NCBI GenBank assembly: GCA_022769625.1 | Contig: JALEJP010000055.1 | Coordinates: 4,701-68,700, forward strand | Length of the DNA stretch: 64,000 nt | Source: Lachnospiraceae bacterium | GTDB lineage: Bacteria > Bacillota > Clostridia > Lachnospirales > Lachnospiraceae | Direction of reading: 5' to 3' | Part shown: positions 1 through 10,500 of the stretch, piece after piece | Layout: each line of letters starts with the position of its first letter | Numbering within the stretch: position 1 is the first letter of the stretch | Program-made: the position numbers and the translations under genes | Notes under the pieces: model-generated | What the model was told of the DNA's origin: nothing | What the model saw: the letters and a program-made list of their open reading frames with translations, nothing else | Database searches by the model: none

Positions 1-248
1 ACGTCAATTCCGGGATTCTGAAGCCCGATGGCATTGAGCATGCCTCCATACACCTCAGCCACACGCGGTGTTGGGTTTCCCGGCCACGGGACATTTGCCA
101 CGCCTTTGGTCACAACAGCTCCCAGACGTGAAAGATCCACAAATTCACTGTACTCTTCTCCGGAACCAAAGGTGCCAGACGCTGTCATAACAGGGTTTTT
201 CAGTTCCACTCCTGCAATATTCACACTGGTATTGATTTTCCTGCTCAC
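1..248 (-). CDS. pyrD: dihydroorotate dehydrogenase B catalytic subunit, 5' part only (continues past the left edge)
   Basis: Hand translation from GTG at 248 gives [33 protein letters not shown]...[15 protein letters not shown], a typical class 1B PyrD N-terminus. The GTG overlaps the pyrK stop (GTGA, 245-248). Confidence 0.85.
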   Translation of the reverse strand, partial: MSRKINTSVNIAGVELKNPVMTASGTFGSGEEYSEFVDLSRLGAVVTKGVANVPWPGNPTPRVAEVYGGMLNAIGLQNPGID

Positions 249-1033
249 AGCTCCACCTCCGTTGAAAGAAATACCGGACCATCCTTACAGACACGTTTGT
301 TATGCACATGCGAATGGCTGTCCACTTCTTTTGATTTACATACACAGGCAAGACACGCACCCACACCGCAGGCCATGCGTTCTTCCAGGGAAAGCCAGCA
401 TTCTATGCCATGCTCCCCGGCATATGCCTTAAGTGCCCGCAGCATCGGAGTCGGCCCGCAGGCATAGATCACATCCGCCTGAAGTCCATGTTCCATAATG
501 GCATCCAGTACGTTGCCTTTTGTCCCGAAGCTGCCATCTTCCGTAGCCACATACAGAGCCGTCTGCTGTTCCAGCTCTTCTTTTAAAAACATCCGGCTGT
601 CCCGGTAGCCCATAACAGCCAGCTTTTCTCCTTTCAGCTGCTTTGCAAGCTCAAGCATCGGCGGGATACCAATGCCGCCGCCGATAAGAAATGCTGTTTT
701 CCCTTCACCGCAGCGGTCAAGGGGGAATCCATTCCCAAGCGGTCCCATGATTTCCAGTGTATCGCCCGCTTTCAATCCGGCAAACTCTGCCGTTCCCTTT
801 CCGGCCACGCGGTATACAATACGTAACGTCTTTTTTTCTCTGTCAATCTCACAGAGGCTGATCGGACGCGGCAGAAGTCGACTGCCGTCCCGGCTGTAAA
901 CCGAAATAAACTGCCCCGGCACAGCCTCCTCTGCAATCTGATCGGTCAAAATCCACATACTGTAAATATCGGGTGCAATGCACTCCTGACTTAACACAGT
1001 ACCCAGTTCCTTATATTTGCCAGCCATATTCAA
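245..1033 (-). CDS. pyrK: dihydroorotate dehydrogenase electron-transfer subunit (FAD/2Fe-2S)
   Basis: 262 aa. Has a ferredoxin-reductase-like fold motif ([16 protein letters not shown]) and a C-terminal Cys cluster ([11 protein letters not shown]). Lies between pyrF and pyrD. Confidence 0.9.
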   Translation of the reverse strand: MNMAGKYKELGTVLSQECIAPDIYSMWILTDQIAEEAVPGQFISVYSRDGSRLLPRPISLCEIDREKKTLRIVYRVAGKGTAEFAGLKAGDTLEIMGPLGNGFPLDRCGEGKTAFLIGGGIGIPPMLELAKQLKGEKLAVMGYRDSRMFLKEELEQQTALYVATEDGSFGTKGNVLDAIMEHGLQADVIYACGPTPMLRALKAYAGEHGIECWLSLEERMACGVGACLACVCKSKEVDSHSHVHNKRVCKDGPVFLSTEVEL

Positions 1034-1069
1034 GCTCCTTATTGTTTGTTTCTGTTCTCTTTTGGTCTC

Positions 1070-1999
1070 TTATTTTGCGTTCTGAAGCGCCCCGTCAATA
1101 TCTGCGATCATCGCCTCCACAGCTGCCCTGGATGCTTCTGCAAAATGCTCCTCACCGTACTTTGCATACTGCTCCTGTTTGTAAGCAGCGATAATGCCTC
1201 TTGAGGAATTTACGATGGCACCCAGTCCGTCCTCATTAAAGAAATGAACCAGATCTGCACCTTTTCCTCCCTGCGCACCGTAGCCCGGCACCAGAATAAA
1301 GGATTTCGGCATAATTTTACGCAGTACTTTTCCCTGCTCCGGATAAGTGGCACCCACAACAGCACCGATATAGCTGTAGGAATCTCCCATACAGTCTGCA
1401 CCCCATCCGGCAACCTTTTCTCCAACCAGCTCATAGAGCGGTCTGCCGTCAATAAGCCTGTCCTGGAATTCGCCGCTGGATGGATTGGATGTTTTCACCA
1501 GAATAAACAGACCTTTTTTCTCCTGTCTGCACACGTCAACGAACGGTTTCACGCCATCTGTTCCCAAATATGGATTTACGGTTACAAAGTCCTCATCAAA
1601 GCCTGCATACGCATGATTTCCGATCTGTACCTTTCCAAGATGCCCCGTCGCATAAGCTGCTGATGTGGAACCGATATCCCCTCTTTTGATGTCACCGATT
1701 ACAACCAGATCTTTTTCCCGGCAGTAATCCACGGTTTTCTTAAATGCAATAAGACCCGGAATGCCAAACTGCTCATACATGGCAATCTGCGGCTTTACAG
1801 CCGGAATGAGATCATACACATGATCCACAATTTCTTTATTATACTGCCAGATGGCTTCTGCTGCTCCTTCCAAAGTCTCTCCATACTCTTCAAATGCACG
1901 TTTTTGAATGTGTGAAGGCACATAGGAAAGCATCGGATCCAGGCCGACTACGATAGGTGCATGTGTTTCCTGAATTTTCTGAACCAGTTTATTAATCAT
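1070..1999 (-). CDS. pyrF: orotidine 5'-phosphate decarboxylase (long type 2 form)
   Basis: MINKLVQKIQETHAPIVVGLDP... and DIKRGDIGST motifs. I prefer the ATG at 1999 (RBS GGAAAAGGA) to the track start 2035, which would overlap pyrC. Confidence 0.85.
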   Translation of the reverse strand: MINKLVQKIQETHAPIVVGLDPMLSYVPSHIQKRAFEEYGETLEGAAEAIWQYNKEIVDHVYDLIPAVKPQIAMYEQFGIPGLIAFKKTVDYCREKDLVVIGDIKRGDIGSTSAAYATGHLGKVQIGNHAYAGFDEDFVTVNPYLGTDGVKPFVDVCRQEKKGLFILVKTSNPSSGEFQDRLIDGRPLYELVGEKVAGWGADCMGDSYSYIGAVVGATYPEQGKVLRKIMPKSFILVPGYGAQGGKGADLVHFFNEDGLGAIVNSSRGIIAAYKQEQYAKYGEEHFAEASRAAVEAMIADIDGALQNAK

Positions 2000-2012
2000 A
2001 ATCCTTTTCCTC

Positions 2013-3293
2013 TCAGTTTTTATCTTTATATACAATTTTGCCGTCGCAGATGGTTGCCTTTACTTTTCCTCTCACGGTCCTTCCGTGGAAAGGTGTATTA
2101 CGCCCTTTGGAGGCAAACTTTGTTTTATCGATCACGTATTCCTCGTTTGGATCAATAATGACCACATCAGCAGTCTTTCCTTCTGCCAGGGAGCCCTTAT
2201 CCAGGCCAAGAATCCTGGCCGGATTATAGCTCATCTTCTCTGCCATCTGCATCGGTGTCAGATACTTTTTCTCCACAAGCTCTGTGATTGTCAGCGGAAC
2301 TGCCGTCTCAAGACCTACAATACCGAAAGGTGCCGCTGTAAAGGAACGCTGCTTTTCCTCTTCGCTGTGCGGAGCATGATCCGTGGCAATGACATCCATG
2401 ATGTCATCTCTTAATCCACGTTTCAGAGCGTCCACATCCTTTTTGGTACGCAGAGGCGGATTCATCTTATAATTTGCGTCATTTCCTTCGATATCTTTTG
2501 ATGTGAGTGTGAAATGGTGCGGACAAACCTCAGCAGTCACATGAACACCATGTTTTTTCGCCTGTTTTACAATCTCCACACTGCCCCAGGTAGAGCAGTG
2601 ACAGAGATGCAGCTTCACACCTGTCTCACCGGCAAGCATAACATCCCGCACGGCTATGATATCTTCCACCGCATTGCTGATACCACGGAAGCCTTTTTTT
2701 CGCATAGATTCATCATCGTTTGCCACACCGCCATCCACAAGATTGGCATCCTCACAATGCGCCATAACAGGGATATCACACTCTGCCGCAATTTTCATGG
2801 CTTCCTTGCAGAGCAGGGAGTCCATAACAGACTTGCCGTCCTCACTGATTGCCGGAGCCCCTTCTGCTACCATGGAAGCGATATCGGAAAGCTCCTTTCC
2901 TTTCTGACCTTTTGTGATCGCTCCAGCCTGCAGAACATGGATCGGTGCACTCATCTTTGCTTTATTATGAACGTATCGGATATTCAGTCTGTCATCCGTG
3001 ACCGGCTTCGTGTTCGGCATAGCCAGCACTGTCGTAAATCCTCCGTGTGCCGCTGCGTTTGCTCCTGTCTCCACCGTCTCCTTGTAAGTCTGCCCCGGAT
3101 CTCTCAAATGAACGTGCAGGTCAATCAGCCCAGGCATGACATAGCAGCCTTCGGCATCCAGTACCTCGTCCGCATCTTCTTTTATTCCCTGTTCTACCTT
3201 CGCAATTTTGTCCTCTGTGATCAGGACATCATACAGTCCGTCTTTTCTGGTGTCCGGATCAATCACTCTACCGTTTTTAATCAGTATACTCAT
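2013..3293 (-). CDS. pyrC: dihydroorotase
   Basis: 426 aa amidohydrolase with GLIDLHVHLRDPG and a later DHAPH motif. Pyr operon context. Confidence 0.9.
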   Translation of the reverse strand: MSILIKNGRVIDPDTRKDGLYDVLITEDKIAKVEQGIKEDADEVLDAEGCYVMPGLIDLHVHLRDPGQTYKETVETGANAAAHGGFTTVLAMPNTKPVTDDRLNIRYVHNKAKMSAPIHVLQAGAITKGQKGKELSDIASMVAEGAPAISEDGKSVMDSLLCKEAMKIAAECDIPVMAHCEDANLVDGGVANDDESMRKKGFRGISNAVEDIIAVRDVMLAGETGVKLHLCHCSTWGSVEIVKQAKKHGVHVTAEVCPHHFTLTSKDIEGNDANYKMNPPLRTKKDVDALKRGLRDDIMDVIATDHAPHSEEEKQRSFTAAPFGIVGLETAVPLTITELVEKKYLTPMQMAEKMSYNPARILGLDKGSLAEGKTADVVIIDPNEEYVIDKTKFASKGRNTPFHGRTVRGKVKATICDGKIVYKDKN

Positions 3294-3486
3294 CTTTCGG
3301 ATTCCTTTCTATAAACATCCTCAGGTACTTTTCCGGTACCCGTGCGTTACTGTCTATTATTCTACCATACCGTCCATGAAGCCGCAAACTTTTTTTCTAT
3401 TAAGTTTCCTTTGTGACAGTCGGCAGGATTACTTGATTTTTGCAAATTCAGATGCTATGATTGTTTTAAATTTATGGAGGCTTATT

Positions 3487-4425
3487 ATGAATATGACACC
3501 CCTTGATTTTGGCGGTAAACCCTACCGTTCTCTGGATTACCACTTAAAAGAACGTTATGGTGAAAAAATATACAAGGTTTCCCTGAATGGCAGGATGACC
3601 TGCCCAAACCGTGACGGTACCCTTGGCAGCAGAGGCTGCATTTTCTGCAGCGAAGGCGGAAGCGGTGATTTTGCCGGTGATAAAAATCTTTCCATCACCG
3701 ATCAGATTGAACAACAGAAACAGAAAATCATCCGCAAATTTCCAGCAAAGCGTTTTATCGCATATTTTCAGGCATATACCAATACCTACGCACCCATTGA
3801 TTACCTGGAACAGATCTTCACAGAAGCGATCCGGCATCCGGATATTGCAGGTCTCTCCATTGGCACGAGACCGGACTGCCTGCCAGTGGAAACCCTTTCC
3901 CTGCTTTCCAGGCTGAATGCAGTCAAACCTGTGACTGTGGAGCTTGGGCTTCAGACCATCCACGAAAAAACGGCTGTCCTGATACGCCGCGGCTACCCGC
4001 TGTCCTGTTTTGAAGATGCCATAACACGGCTGAAAGCATCCGGTCTTGAGGTTGTGGTTCATACGATCCTTGGCCTTCCGGGCGAGAGCGCCGAGGACAT
4101 ATTTGCAACCATGCGCTATTTAAACGGATGCGGCATTCAGGGCATCAAACTGCAGCTTCTCCATGTTTTAAAGAATACGGATCTGGCCGATTATTATTAC
4201 AAAACCGGTTTTCCTGTGTTTTCGGAGAACGAATATGTGGATCTGGTTATCCGTTGTCTTGAGCTGCTTTCACCGGAAATCACCATTCACCGTCTGACCG
4301 GCGATGGGCCCTGCGATCTGCTGATCGCACCCCTGTGGAGCCGCCGAAAACGTGCCGTGCTCAACCATATTCACCATGAGCTTAAGCTGCGCGGCACCTG
4401 GCAGGGAAAACTATATACAGCATAG
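3487..4425 (+). CDS. TIGR01212-family radical SAM protein
   Basis: MNMTPLDFGGKPYRSLDYHLKERYGEKIYKVSLNG..CPNRDG..GCIFC is the family signature. GGAGG at 3476-3480 precedes the ATG at 3487; the track ORF start 3208 is an upstream extension. Confidence 0.85.
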   Translation: MNMTPLDFGGKPYRSLDYHLKERYGEKIYKVSLNGRMTCPNRDGTLGSRGCIFCSEGGSGDFAGDKNLSITDQIEQQKQKIIRKFPAKRFIAYFQAYTNTYAPIDYLEQIFTEAIRHPDIAGLSIGTRPDCLPVETLSLLSRLNAVKPVTVELGLQTIHEKTAVLIRRGYPLSCFEDAITRLKASGLEVVVHTILGLPGESAEDIFATMRYLNGCGIQGIKLQLLHVLKNTDLADYYYKTGFPVFSENEYVDLVIRCLELLSPEITIHRLTGDGPCDLLIAPLWSRRKRAVLNHIHHELKLRGTWQGKLYTA

Positions 4426-4453
4426 TATTTTTGAACCGATTGGAGGAAATTAT

Positions 4454-4969
4454 ATGGCAGAACCGTTTACCCTTTACAAACTGATTATTCTCTATATGCT
4501 GGATCAGGTGGATTTTCCGCTTACAAACAGTCAGATTTCCGCCTTTCTTCTGGAACGCGACTATACAAACTATTTCACACTTCAGCAGGCCTTTGCCGAA
4601 CTGCAGGATGCAGGACTCGTTAATACCCAGACGATCCGAAATACCACCCAGTATCATCTTACAAAATCCGGGCGGGAAGCCCTGGGTTACTTTTGTGACC
4701 GTATCCCCAGAGCAATTCAGGAGGAAGCCAGACAATATCTGAAGGATCACCAGATTGAACTGCGCAATGAGGTTTCCATCACAGCTGATTATTACCGCAC
4801 AAGCAGCAAAGAATATGCGGTACACTGTATCATAAAAGAAAAAGAGTCCAATCTTCTCGATCTGACTCTGACAGTTCCGGACAGGGAACAGGCTGCTGCC
4901 ATGTGCAAAAAATGGAAAGACAAATGTGAATCTGTCTACCAGTTTCTGATGGCTCAGCTGCTCTCCTGA
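4454..4969 (+). CDS. DUF4364 family protein (PadR-like winged helix)
   Basis: MAEPFTLYKLIILYMLDQVDFPLTNSQISAFLLERDYTNYFTLQQAF matches my memory of DUF4364. GGAGG at 4443-4447 precedes the ATG at 4454. Confidence 0.75.
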   Translation: MAEPFTLYKLIILYMLDQVDFPLTNSQISAFLLERDYTNYFTLQQAFAELQDAGLVNTQTIRNTTQYHLTKSGREALGYFCDRIPRAIQEEARQYLKDHQIELRNEVSITADYYRTSSKEYAVHCIIKEKESNLLDLTLTVPDREQAAAMCKKWKDKCESVYQFLMAQLLS

Positions 4970-4980
4970 CATTCTGTATG

Positions 4981-6300
4981 TTACGCATCCTCATGAAGCC
5001 ACTTCAGGTAGGATGCGATCTTTTTTTCGTACCCGATCTCACCAGGCTCATAAAATTTTATATCACCAAGTTCATACGGCAGATATCTCTGTCTGGAAAA
5101 ATGCTTCGGAAAATCATGGGCATATTCATAACCAATCCCTCTTCCAAGCTTCGCGGATCCTCCATAATGGGCATCCTGCAGATGGGGGGGAATCGAAGCT
5201 TTTTTCCTGCGAACCGCCTCATTTGCTGCAAAAATGGCGTTTGTGGCAGAATTACTCTTTGGCGCGCAGGCCACATAGAGCACGGCCTGGGCCAGAATCA
5301 GCTGCGCTTCCGGCATACCCACTCGCTCCACCGCCTGAGCCGCCGCAACGGCCACCACAAGTGCCTGGGGATCCGCATTGCCCACATCCTCTGAGGCGCA
5401 GATCATAATTCGCCTTGCAAGAAACGTAACACTCTCCCCTGCATAGAGCATACGGGACAGATAATAAACAGCCGCATCCGGATCCGAGCCACGCATACTC
5501 TTGATAAAGGCAGATACGGTATCATAATGATTGTCTCCGCCTTTATCGTAGCGAACCACCCGCTTCTGAATACATTCCGATGCAGCATCCAGATCCAGAT
5601 GGATCTTTCCGTCCAGGCTGCGCTCTGTGGTAAGGACTCCAAGCTCCACGGCATTTAATGCTGCTCTTGCATCTCCGTCTGCCATGTCCGCCAGAAATTC
5701 CAGGGCATCCTCCTCTATCACGGCATCATAGGCACCCATCCCCCGTTCTATGTCCGAAACGGCACGCCGGATCAGAGTTTTGATTTCTTCTTTTTCCAGC
5801 GGTTTCAGTTCAAAAATAATGGAACGGGAAAGCAGCGCCCCATTTACCTCAAAATAGGGGTTTTCCGTCGTCGCCCCAATCAGGATCAGCGTTCCATCCT
5901 CCACAAACGGAAGTAAGTAATCCTGTTGTCCTTTGTTAAAGCGATGGATTTCATCCACAAACAGAATAGTACGTTTTCCATACATGCCCATCCTGTTTTT
6001 TGCTTCCTGTACAACCTCTTCCATGTCTTTTTTGCCGGCAACCGTAGCGTTGATCTGCTGAAACCGGGCACTTGTGGTATTGGCAATGACCTTTGCAATG
6101 GTGGTTTTTCCGGTTCCGGGAGGTCCGTAAAAGATAATGGAGCCGAGCTTGTCCGCCTTGATTGCGCGGTATAGCAGCTTATCTTTTCCCAGAATATGCT
6201 GCTGTCCCACGATTTCATCCAGCGTCCGCGGGCGAAGCCTGGACGCAAGGGGTGCTTCGTTTTTCATTGTGTTTTCTCTCATGTAATCAAATAAATCCAA
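4981..6300 (-). CDS. rarA: replication-associated recombination protein A (AAA+ ATPase)
   Basis: 439 aa with LRPRTLDEIVGQQH, Walker A GPPGTGKTT and a MgsA C-terminal region. The probable TTG start at 6300 follows GGAGG at a 7-nt spacing. Confidence 0.9.
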   Translation of the reverse strand: MDLFDYMRENTMKNEAPLASRLRPRTLDEIVGQQHILGKDKLLYRAIKADKLGSIIFYGPPGTGKTTIAKVIANTTSARFQQINATVAGKKDMEEVVQEAKNRMGMYGKRTILFVDEIHRFNKGQQDYLLPFVEDGTLILIGATTENPYFEVNGALLSRSIIFELKPLEKEEIKTLIRRAVSDIERGMGAYDAVIEEDALEFLADMADGDARAALNAVELGVLTTERSLDGKIHLDLDAASECIQKRVVRYDKGGDNHYDTVSAFIKSMRGSDPDAAVYYLSRMLYAGESVTFLARRIMICASEDVGNADPQALVVAVAAAQAVERVGMPEAQLILAQAVLYVACAPKSNSATNAIFAANEAVRRKKASIPPHLQDAHYGGSAKLGRGIGYEYAHDFPKHFSRQRYLPYELGDIKFYEPGEIGYEKKIASYLKWLHEDA

Positions 6301-6347
6301 ATTTCTTCCTCCATTTCTCTCGGATTTCTGTTCCGAAAACCCTGTTC

Positions 6348-7073
6348 TTATTCCAACACAAGCTTATCCACCGTTACAAACTCATATCCTTCTGCTTTCA
6401 GAATATCCACAATGCGCAGCGCTGCATCCACGGATGAGGCATAGCAGTCATGAAGCAGAATAATATCGTTTTCCTTCACACCTGATATTACTTTTTCCAC
6501 CACCTGATCCGTATTGGAAGTCGTCCAGTCCAGCGGATCCACACTCCACAGCACCGGAAATAATACAAGGCTGCATTCCAGATCCTTATCCCAGGATCCA
6601 AAGGGAGGTCGGACATATTCCGTATCCTTTCCTGTAATGCTTTTCACCAGCTCACTTGTCTTTGTGATTTCCTGACACGCCTGTTCCGCACTCAAATCTG
6701 TAATTTTCACATGTGACCAGGTATGATTGCCGATCAGATGACCATCCTCTGCCATCTGTTTCACAATCTCCTCATTTCCTTCAATATTTTTCCCGATCAG
6801 AAAAAAAGTTGCCTGCACCTGCCTCTCCCTGAGACCCTCCAGAAGCCTGGGTGTATAAAGAGAATGCGGCCCGTCATCAAAAGTCAGCGCTATCCTTGCC
6901 GGCAGTGCCTCAGCCATCTGGCTGTGCTGCACTTCTCCTGCTGTCGGACGTACTGCTCTTCGGAAACGTGCATATTCCACTGTACCGATGCCAACCCCTG
7001 TAAGCACCAGGAACGCATACATTTGAAAAAGAATCAATCTTCCGTTTCTGCGAAAAAATGCTTTCACAGACAT
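6348..7073 (-). CDS. polysaccharide deacetylase (NodB domain), membrane anchored
   Basis: N-terminal TM helix, then LTFDDGP...ATFFLIG...GNHTWSH motifs. Confidence 0.85.
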   Translation of the reverse strand: MSVKAFFRRNGRLILFQMYAFLVLTGVGIGTVEYARFRRAVRPTAGEVQHSQMAEALPARIALTFDDGPHSLYTPRLLEGLRERQVQATFFLIGKNIEGNEEIVKQMAEDGHLIGNHTWSHVKITDLSAEQACQEITKTSELVKSITGKDTEYVRPPFGSWDKDLECSLVLFPVLWSVDPLDWTTSNTDQVVEKVISGVKENDIILLHDCYASSVDAALRIVDILKAEGYEFVTVDKLVLE

Positions 7074-7135
7074 CCGCCTTTGTTTTTTTCTTTCCTTCTA
7101 TTATATGCCAGAGTCTCCTGTCCCATGACCGCCTC

Positions 7136-7531
7136 TTAGCTGCGTTCCAGATCGCTTCTGGCATTTCGCCGATATGCCTGACAGAGTACGAACAATATGG
7201 CACCGACAATTCCCAGATTGTCTGACTGCTTGATTTTCATCACGCAGAACACAAGTCCCACATAGCCCAGGAAGCCTGCTGCTGCCATCTGGAAAAACAG
7301 ACGCTTCCCAAATTCGGACTTTCCATCCAGCTCATGCAGGACCAGTGGACGTACAATGTCCATCACAACCCAGAAAACCAGCAGAAATCCTCCAAGGACA
7401 CAGCCAAATACCAGCTGACTGTGTCCGCCCTTTTTTGTATAAAGATACAGGAAAAGTGCCATTGCTGCCAGTATGACATAAGCTCCTATGCTGAACCAGT
7501 TCTTTTTATCAAGTCTTTCGTTTTCGTCCAT
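7136..7531 (-). CDS. small integral membrane protein, unknown function
   Basis: About four hydrophobic helices. The ATG at 7531 (MDENERLDKKNWF) is preceded by AGGAGAG; the track start 7561 lies inside a GC hairpin. Confidence 0.55.
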   Translation of the reverse strand: MDENERLDKKNWFSIGAYVILAAMALFLYLYTKKGGHSQLVFGCVLGGFLLVFWVVMDIVRPLVLHELDGKSEFGKRLFFQMAAAGFLGYVGLVFCVMKIKQSDNLGIVGAILFVLCQAYRRNARSDLERS

Positions 7532-7550
7532 TTTTCTCTCCTGTTTTGTC

Positions 7551-7573
7551 CGGCGCACCAATCCGGTGCGCCG
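7551..7573 (-). other. GC-rich stem-loop between the GH89 stop and the next start (possible weak terminator or processing site)
   Basis: cGGCGCACC aatcc GGTGCGCCg, a 9-bp stem with no U tract after it on the minus strand. Confidence 0.3.
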
Positions 7574-7589
7574 TCCCTACTATTGTTGT

Positions 7590-10500
7590 TTATTTTTTGA
7601 TAATTTTAATCTGTTTCGGCAGTTTTCCTTTTTTCTGTAAAAGCTTTTTATATACGTTATATTTCGTCTTCGGTACGTAAAGTCTGCCCTTCTTTGACAT
7701 TCCCTTCAATACCTGGCTGCCGACAGAGCTTAAGCTTTTTCCTTTCACCGTCACCTTTTTCAGCTTTGTACAGCCTGCAAAGGCCTGCTTTCCAATCGTT
7801 TTTACATTTTTTCCGATGGTCACCTGCGTAAGCTTTGTATTTTTAGCAAATGCTTTCGGCGCAACGGCGGTCACCGTACAGTTGTAACCGTTGATGGTTA
7901 TCTGGTCCGGTATGGTAAGCCTGGATTTCTTTTTGCCGCTGATTCCAAGTACCTTAACCGTACGCACGGACGCATCAAATGCGGTGATCTGGAACCGGAA
8001 ACCGCCCTTTTCCAGTTTGTCTCCCTTCTTTGGAAGCTCCGGCTTCGGCGGAAGAACTGCCTGCGCTTTGATCTGCAGTACAATACTGCCTGTGACGCCG
8101 CTTCCGTCTGCTGCCTGTGCGCGGATTACTGCCATGCCAGCTGCTTTTGCCGTTACCGTGCCGCTCTCATCCACAGAAGCTGCGGACGGATTGCTGCTGC
8201 TCCAGTCAAGAAGCCTGTTCTCTGCCTGTTCCGGCGTCACCTTAGCCTCGATTTTCATCGTTTCGCCCACGGTAAGCTCTGTTTTTCCTGCTGTCAGAAT
8301 GATGTGCTCCACTTTAACCGGCGCTGTAGCCTTCACTGTTATGGCGATCTCACCGTAAACACCGCTTCCGTCCGATGCCTGTGCACGGATCACCGCCACA
8401 CCTGCTGCTTTTGCCGTTACCATTCCGCTCTCATCCACAGAAGCTGCGGACGGATTGCTGCTGCTCCAGATCAGTTCCGGATGATCCGCATTGGACGGTG
8501 TCACTTTTGCATGGATTTTAACCGTCTCTCCAGGTGTAAGCTCTGTCACTTTTGCTGTCAGTGCGACATTTTTCACAAGGATCACCTGATGCGGAACTTT
8601 CAGACGCACTTCAGCCGCAGAGCTGAAGCATTTGCCTGCCTGGTTTGTCCCTGCCTGTGTCACGGAGAATTTTACATATCTCGCTGCCTGCGGCGCCTCA
8701 AATGCTGCCAGCTTCCAGGCGGAATCCTGTTCCCAGCTGCCCTCCGCTGCTTTTGTATAATGGATGCCATCCGTGCTGACAGAAATCTCATAGCCGGTGA
8801 CGATCCCGTTCACACTGCTGTCCTGTCTTGGCAGATAGCGCAGTCCTGTGATCTCTGTCTCCTCTTTCAGCTCAAAAATCAGATAATGACTGTCATAGGA
8901 GCTGCTGTCGCTTCCGGAACTCCACCTGGTATGCCAGATGGTTGCGCTGCTTCCGTCCAGCACATTTTCTGCCGGTGTAGTCTCTGATGATGTCTCCTGT
9001 GAGCCTGCTGTCACAATCATATCTCCCGCCGGGTAGTCATCGGAATCATCTGCTGCCGGGCTTCGGTCCACTGAACTGAAATTTTCAAGAACCTCCCATC
9101 CAAGGCTCTCAAGATCTGCTCCGGAAGCCTGACTGGTATACTCTGTATTTGCCCTTGCAAATGCCCATTCAAATTCAAACCAGTTGATGGCCTTAGTACT
9201 TTCCCCATTCAGCTCCGCTTTTTTCTGATCGATCCACATCATCCAGCGCTGTTTGTAGAAATCCCGGGTAAGTCCCGCCCACTGACGGTTGGAATAATCC
9301 TTTAAGCCTCCGCTGACTGCCTGTGGATAAGATCCCCATGTGGTAACCAGCGCTCTGGCATTAAACTCATACAGCTCCTTTGTAAAATCATCGGCTCCTT
9401 CCGCCAGCGCCTTAGCACGTTCTACCCAGGTTCCAAACAAAAACTCTTCCCTGGTGCCAAGCACCGCCTCAACCTCATCGATCAGAGCCAGGAACTGTTC
9501 AGAAGCCTCCGTGAATGCCGCAAGGTCTTTTGCACGGCAGGCATTTACCATCTGTTTATGGTATTTCTGAGACGCATTGGAAAGCACCTGTTTCAGAATA
9601 TCCGCCAGATCATACTGATATCCATCGCTTTCCTGCAGCATATCATAATCCTCAAGAAGAAGCTCTGCTGCCTTCTCCAGCTCTGCCATGTCATAGCTGA
9701 TGACTGCATTGCCCCAGGTGGAAGCGGCGGAAATGCTCTCAGCCGGACGCGCATTGATATAGGATTCCGGTGCTCCCTGTCCCAGCATATTCAGAGAAGC
9801 CTTGTAGACGGTATTTTCCAGAATGCGCATGGCCTGATATGCATTTTCACTCTCCGCGCCGTAACGGCGGGTCACATACTTTTTCAGCCACTCTTCCGTA
9901 TCGATCCTGGTCAGATCCCCGGATGCATCCTCGCACCACACGGTTTCAAACAACAGATCGTAAAGTACCGGGTTGTTCTGAGATCCCTCCGGTGTGATAC
10001 CGATACCCGTAAGCTTTTTACTGTTATTGGCCGCATCCACCACACCATTCACCAGGTTATCCATGTGGCCGTGCAGTCCCATACGTCCGCCAAAGTTATT
10101 CAGCATACAGTACACCCACGGTGTATTCTGGAACTCTTTTCCACCGGAATAGCTGCTGTCACTCCAGTGCGGTGTCTTCTCCGCATACAGATCCAGTATG
10201 AGGGCATGTTCTTTCCGTCCGTTTAAACCGTTTACCAGACCGGCGCTTGGATTGCCCTGCCATGCCTGGATGACCCAGACTGCATCGGCATCAAATTCGA
10301 TCATGGAATCCAGAACACTGGAGCTGACATCGCTTGTATTCATGTTTCCGGTGTTCCCGCCCTCGTGGAATGGATCGGTGGCATAATAATCGGTCACATC
10401 TCCGTATACATTCTGCTGACATTCGTAAAACAGGGCTGCATATTTATCATAGGCATCCGAATTGGTCCTCAGCATGTACGGTCTCTGGAAGGAGCACCAC

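Noticed and set aside
28-432. A 134-aa plus-strand ORF and other short ORFs at the left edge.
   Set aside because: They lie antisense to the clearly homologous pyrD and pyrK frames. They have no RBS and a low-complexity, Pro/Thr/His-rich composition typical of shadow ORFs.
2514-3314. A 266-aa plus-strand ORF.
   Set aside because: It lies entirely antisense to dihydroorotase (pyrC). It has no recognisable motifs and a Cys/His/Arg-rich shadow-frame composition.
3208-3486. The long N-terminal extension of the radical SAM ORF in the track (start 3208).
   Set aside because: The extension overlaps the pyrC start region and is hydrophobic, low-complexity sequence. Family homology begins at MNMTPLDF, and GGAGG sits 6 nt before the ATG at 3487.
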